Below the pieces are notes generated by a model. That model saw nothing but the letters and a program-made list of their open reading frames with translations, searched no databases and was not told the origin of the DNA. A stretch of DNA of 64,000 nt from an uncultured Candidatus Rokubacteria bacterium (GTDB taxonomy: Bacteria; Methylomirabilota; Methylomirabilia; Rokubacteriales; DASRDR01). The stretch covers positions 1,173,186 to 1,237,185 of the forward strand of contig CAWGVS010000006.1 in the NCBI GenBank assembly GCA_963826115.1. The letters are read 5' to 3'. Both the position numbers and the translations under genes were made by a program. Of the stretch, positions 60,484-64,000 are shown piece by piece; positions within the stretch are counted from its first letter, which is position 1, and each line of letters opens with the position of its first letter.

Positions 60484-62105
60484 TCAGAGCTTCCGCCCGG
60501 CCAGCATGGAGACGAGGTACTCGTTGCCGTGGGCCAGCCACCACGCCGCGCCCACGACCAGGACCAGTCCGGCGAGGGCCGAGACCGCGACCAGCTGGCG
60601 CACGCGGCGCCGGCGGCGGCGGTCACGGGGCGTGCTGATCGCGGGGATCGAGACGAGCACCGGGAGGCGCGTGAAGGCGCGGATCTCGTTGACGGTGTGG
60701 AAGCTCGTGTCGAGCTGCTCGGCGAAGAGCACGAGGCCGATGGCCGCGCCGGCGGCGAGCGCCACGCCGGCCACGAGGAGACGGAGGCGGTTCGGCGCCA
60801 CCGGGTTGTCGGCCGGGAGGGCCGGCTCGATCACGCGGAACTGCTCGCCCTTCTGCCGGTGCTCCATGCTCTCCGCGATCTGGCTCTCGGCGTACCGCTT
60901 GAGCAGGGACGCGTGGAGCTCGCGCGTCGCCTCGTAGTCACGGGCCAGCTCCTTGAACTGCTGCTCGCGCACCGGCGTGTCCTGGACCCGCCGCTGGTAG
61001 CCCGCGATCGCCTGCCGCAGCTGGTTCTCCTCGGCCTTGAGGATCTTGATCTCCGCCTCGGCCTCGGCCACGGCCTGCCGCATCCGGAGGAGCGCTGGAT
61101 CGACGGGGACGACGGGAGCGATGACCGGCAGCGGCAGGCTCGGGGTCGGGCGGCTTGCTCGCGGCCTCCGCGACCTGCTTCTCGAGCATCGCGATCTCCG
61201 CTCGGGTGCGGATCACGTCGGGATACCGGTCCGAGTAGCGCGTCCGGAGCTCCGCCAGCTCCTGGCGGAGCTGGGCCAGGCGAAGAACGGCCGGACTGAC
61301 GGGCGGCGGGGCGGGACTGCCGGGCGCGCTGGGCGGGGCGACGGCCAGGCCGGCTTCGGCCATCTGCCGGGTCAGGGCCTCGCGGCGCTCGAGCGCTCGC
61401 GTCTGGCTGTCGTTGTTCAGGCGGAGCTGCGCGTTGAGCCGCTCGAGCGTGGCGAGGTTGACCTCGTACTGCTGCGGCAGCTCGCCGACGTAGCGCTTCT
61501 TGAACTCGCTGACGTGCTTCTCGTGCTCGTCGAGCTTGGCCTTGACCTGGTCCAGCTGCGACTCGAAGGAACTCGGCCGTCCCGGTTGCCTGTCGCTCGC
61601 GGACCTTGAGGTTCTCCTCGACGAAGAACGAGGCGAGCGTGTTGGTCACCTGGGCCACGGTCTGGGGGTCGCTGCCCAGGTAGCTGACCGAGAAGGCGAT
61701 CGTCGCCCGGCGGTCACCGTGGCTGTCGGCGCGCAGGTCCAGGCTGATGTCCCGGCGCATCTGCTCGACCGCGGCCTCCAGCGGGACGCGCCGCCGCAGG
61801 TCAGGGTAGAGATTGAACCGCGTGATGAGCTGCTCCAGGCGGGAGCGGCTGAGGATCTCCTGGTTGATCGTCTGGAGCCGAGTCTCCAGGCCGCTCGTCA
61901 CCGTCGGCCGGACGAGGTCTTCCGGAACCTGCTGGCGGTCCACCAGGACGATCGCGGCCGACCGGTAGAGGTGCGGGAGGGACACGACGAGCGCCGAGGC
62001 CGCGGCGGCGATCGGAAGAAACGTCAGCACCGCGAGCCACTTCCGCCGCGCCCAGATCTCGCGCAGCCGCTCGAGGGGCGGTCGGCCTTGCGTCTCGGTG
62101 TCCAT
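60484..62105 (-). CDS. Polysaccharide chain-length determinant (Wzz/GumC; frameshifted)
   Basis: N-terminal TM, ILSRSRLE, coiled coil, YPDV, FRVIEPALP and C-terminal TM. Confidence 0.87.
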
Positions 62106-62126
62106 TGCTCGTCTATCTCGCTTCGG

Positions 62127-62823
62127 TCAGGGCACGACGACGATGTCGCCGGCCTGCAGGTAGAAGTTCTCTTGCTCGCCGCCGGCGGACACGGCCTTGT
62201 TGTAGTTGAAGGGGAGCCGCTTCATGCCCTTGCCGCCCTCGGGGCGGAGGACGACGATCTTCGACCGCGACGCGAACTGGCTGAGGCCGCCGGCCAGAGC
62301 CAGCATGTCGAGGACCGTGGTGCGGCTGCGCAGCTCGAACCGGCCCGGCTTCGGCACCTCGCCCATCACCGAGACCTTGAAGCTCTTCGGGTCGACGACG
62401 ATGACCGAGACCTCCGGCGCCGGCATGTACTCCGTGAGCTTCTTGATCAGGAGGTCCCGGAACTCCATCGGCGTGAGCCCGGCGGCGTCGACGTCGTTGA
62501 GCAGCGGCAGCGTGATCTTGCCGTCGGGGCGGACCGGCACCGTCCGGCTCATCGCCTCGTTCTTCCAGATCGAGATCTGGAGGATATCCTCCGGTCCGAT
62601 CCGGTAGTCATTCGGGTCGATCGTGCCGTTGCCCGAGACGACGGTCGCGCCATTGGCCGGCTGCCCCTGGGCCGCAGCGGCCGCCGTGGCCTCCATGCCG
62701 CTGACGGCGGGGACGGTCGGGAGCTGAGGGGCCCGGCGCAGGCGCCTGAGCCGCGGCCAGGCCAGGGCCCAGCAGGCAGGTCACGATCGCCGTGACGACG
62801 GAGAGGAATCGATGGTCGGTCAT
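62127..62823 (-). CDS. Polysaccharide export protein (Wza/Poly_export-SLBB; frameshift in N-terminus)
   Basis: YRIGPEDIL, VRPDGKITLPL, GEVPKPG and LQAGDIVVVP; GGAGG RBS before ATG 62823. Confidence 0.9.
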
Positions 62824-62837
62824 GAGGACACCTCCAA

Positions 62838-64000
<1,163 letters not shown>

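Noticed and set aside
58905-60626. Apparent ExeA ATPase-tyrosine kinase fusion in the ORF track
   Set aside because: The kinase has its own typical start (MSRFFKALE), and the read-through is best explained by a frameshift near the ATPase 3' end.

Overview
High-GC bacterial DNA. The gene style, notably the orphan ABC_sub_bind protein ending LLLRADQVIE, suggests Ca. Rokubacteria/Methylomirabilota, but this is only an inference. Many genes carry single-base indels, most likely long-read consensus errors, so several CDS were stitched by eye across frames and their ends are approximate. The first 25.5 kb is a mixed accessory/metabolic region: an aldehyde:ferredoxin oxidoreductase + MoaD operon, LysE, vapBC, cupin, LLM oxidoreductase, a GT-C/GT2/methyltransferase trio, a cryptic HExxH secreted protein, class III aminotransferase, alanine dehydrogenase, a SigK/RskA-type ECF pair divergent from a His/Met-rich tandem-domain lipoprotein, an HTH + DUF6036-like nucleotidyltransferase pair, an orphan ABC binding protein followed by an attC-like hairpin, a Tat-type beta-carbonic anhydrase, a CsgG/DUF4810/DUF799 operon, GarR-like reductase, GNAT and YdcF. 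From 25.5 kb to the end is a large PEP-CTERM/exosortase-associated Wzx/Wzy exopolysaccharide locus in two convergent arms. It has sigma54 promoters, two enhancer-binding proteins, a degenerate GGDEF protein retaining its RxxD site, and many tailoring enzymes. No rRNA, tRNA, CRISPR array or transposase was recognised. The best candidates for undescribed systems are the ECF-controlled His-bundle lipoprotein, the c-di-GMP/sigma54 control module of the EPS locus, and the HTH-nucleotidyltransferase pair. All family assignments come from motif recognition; no searches were run.
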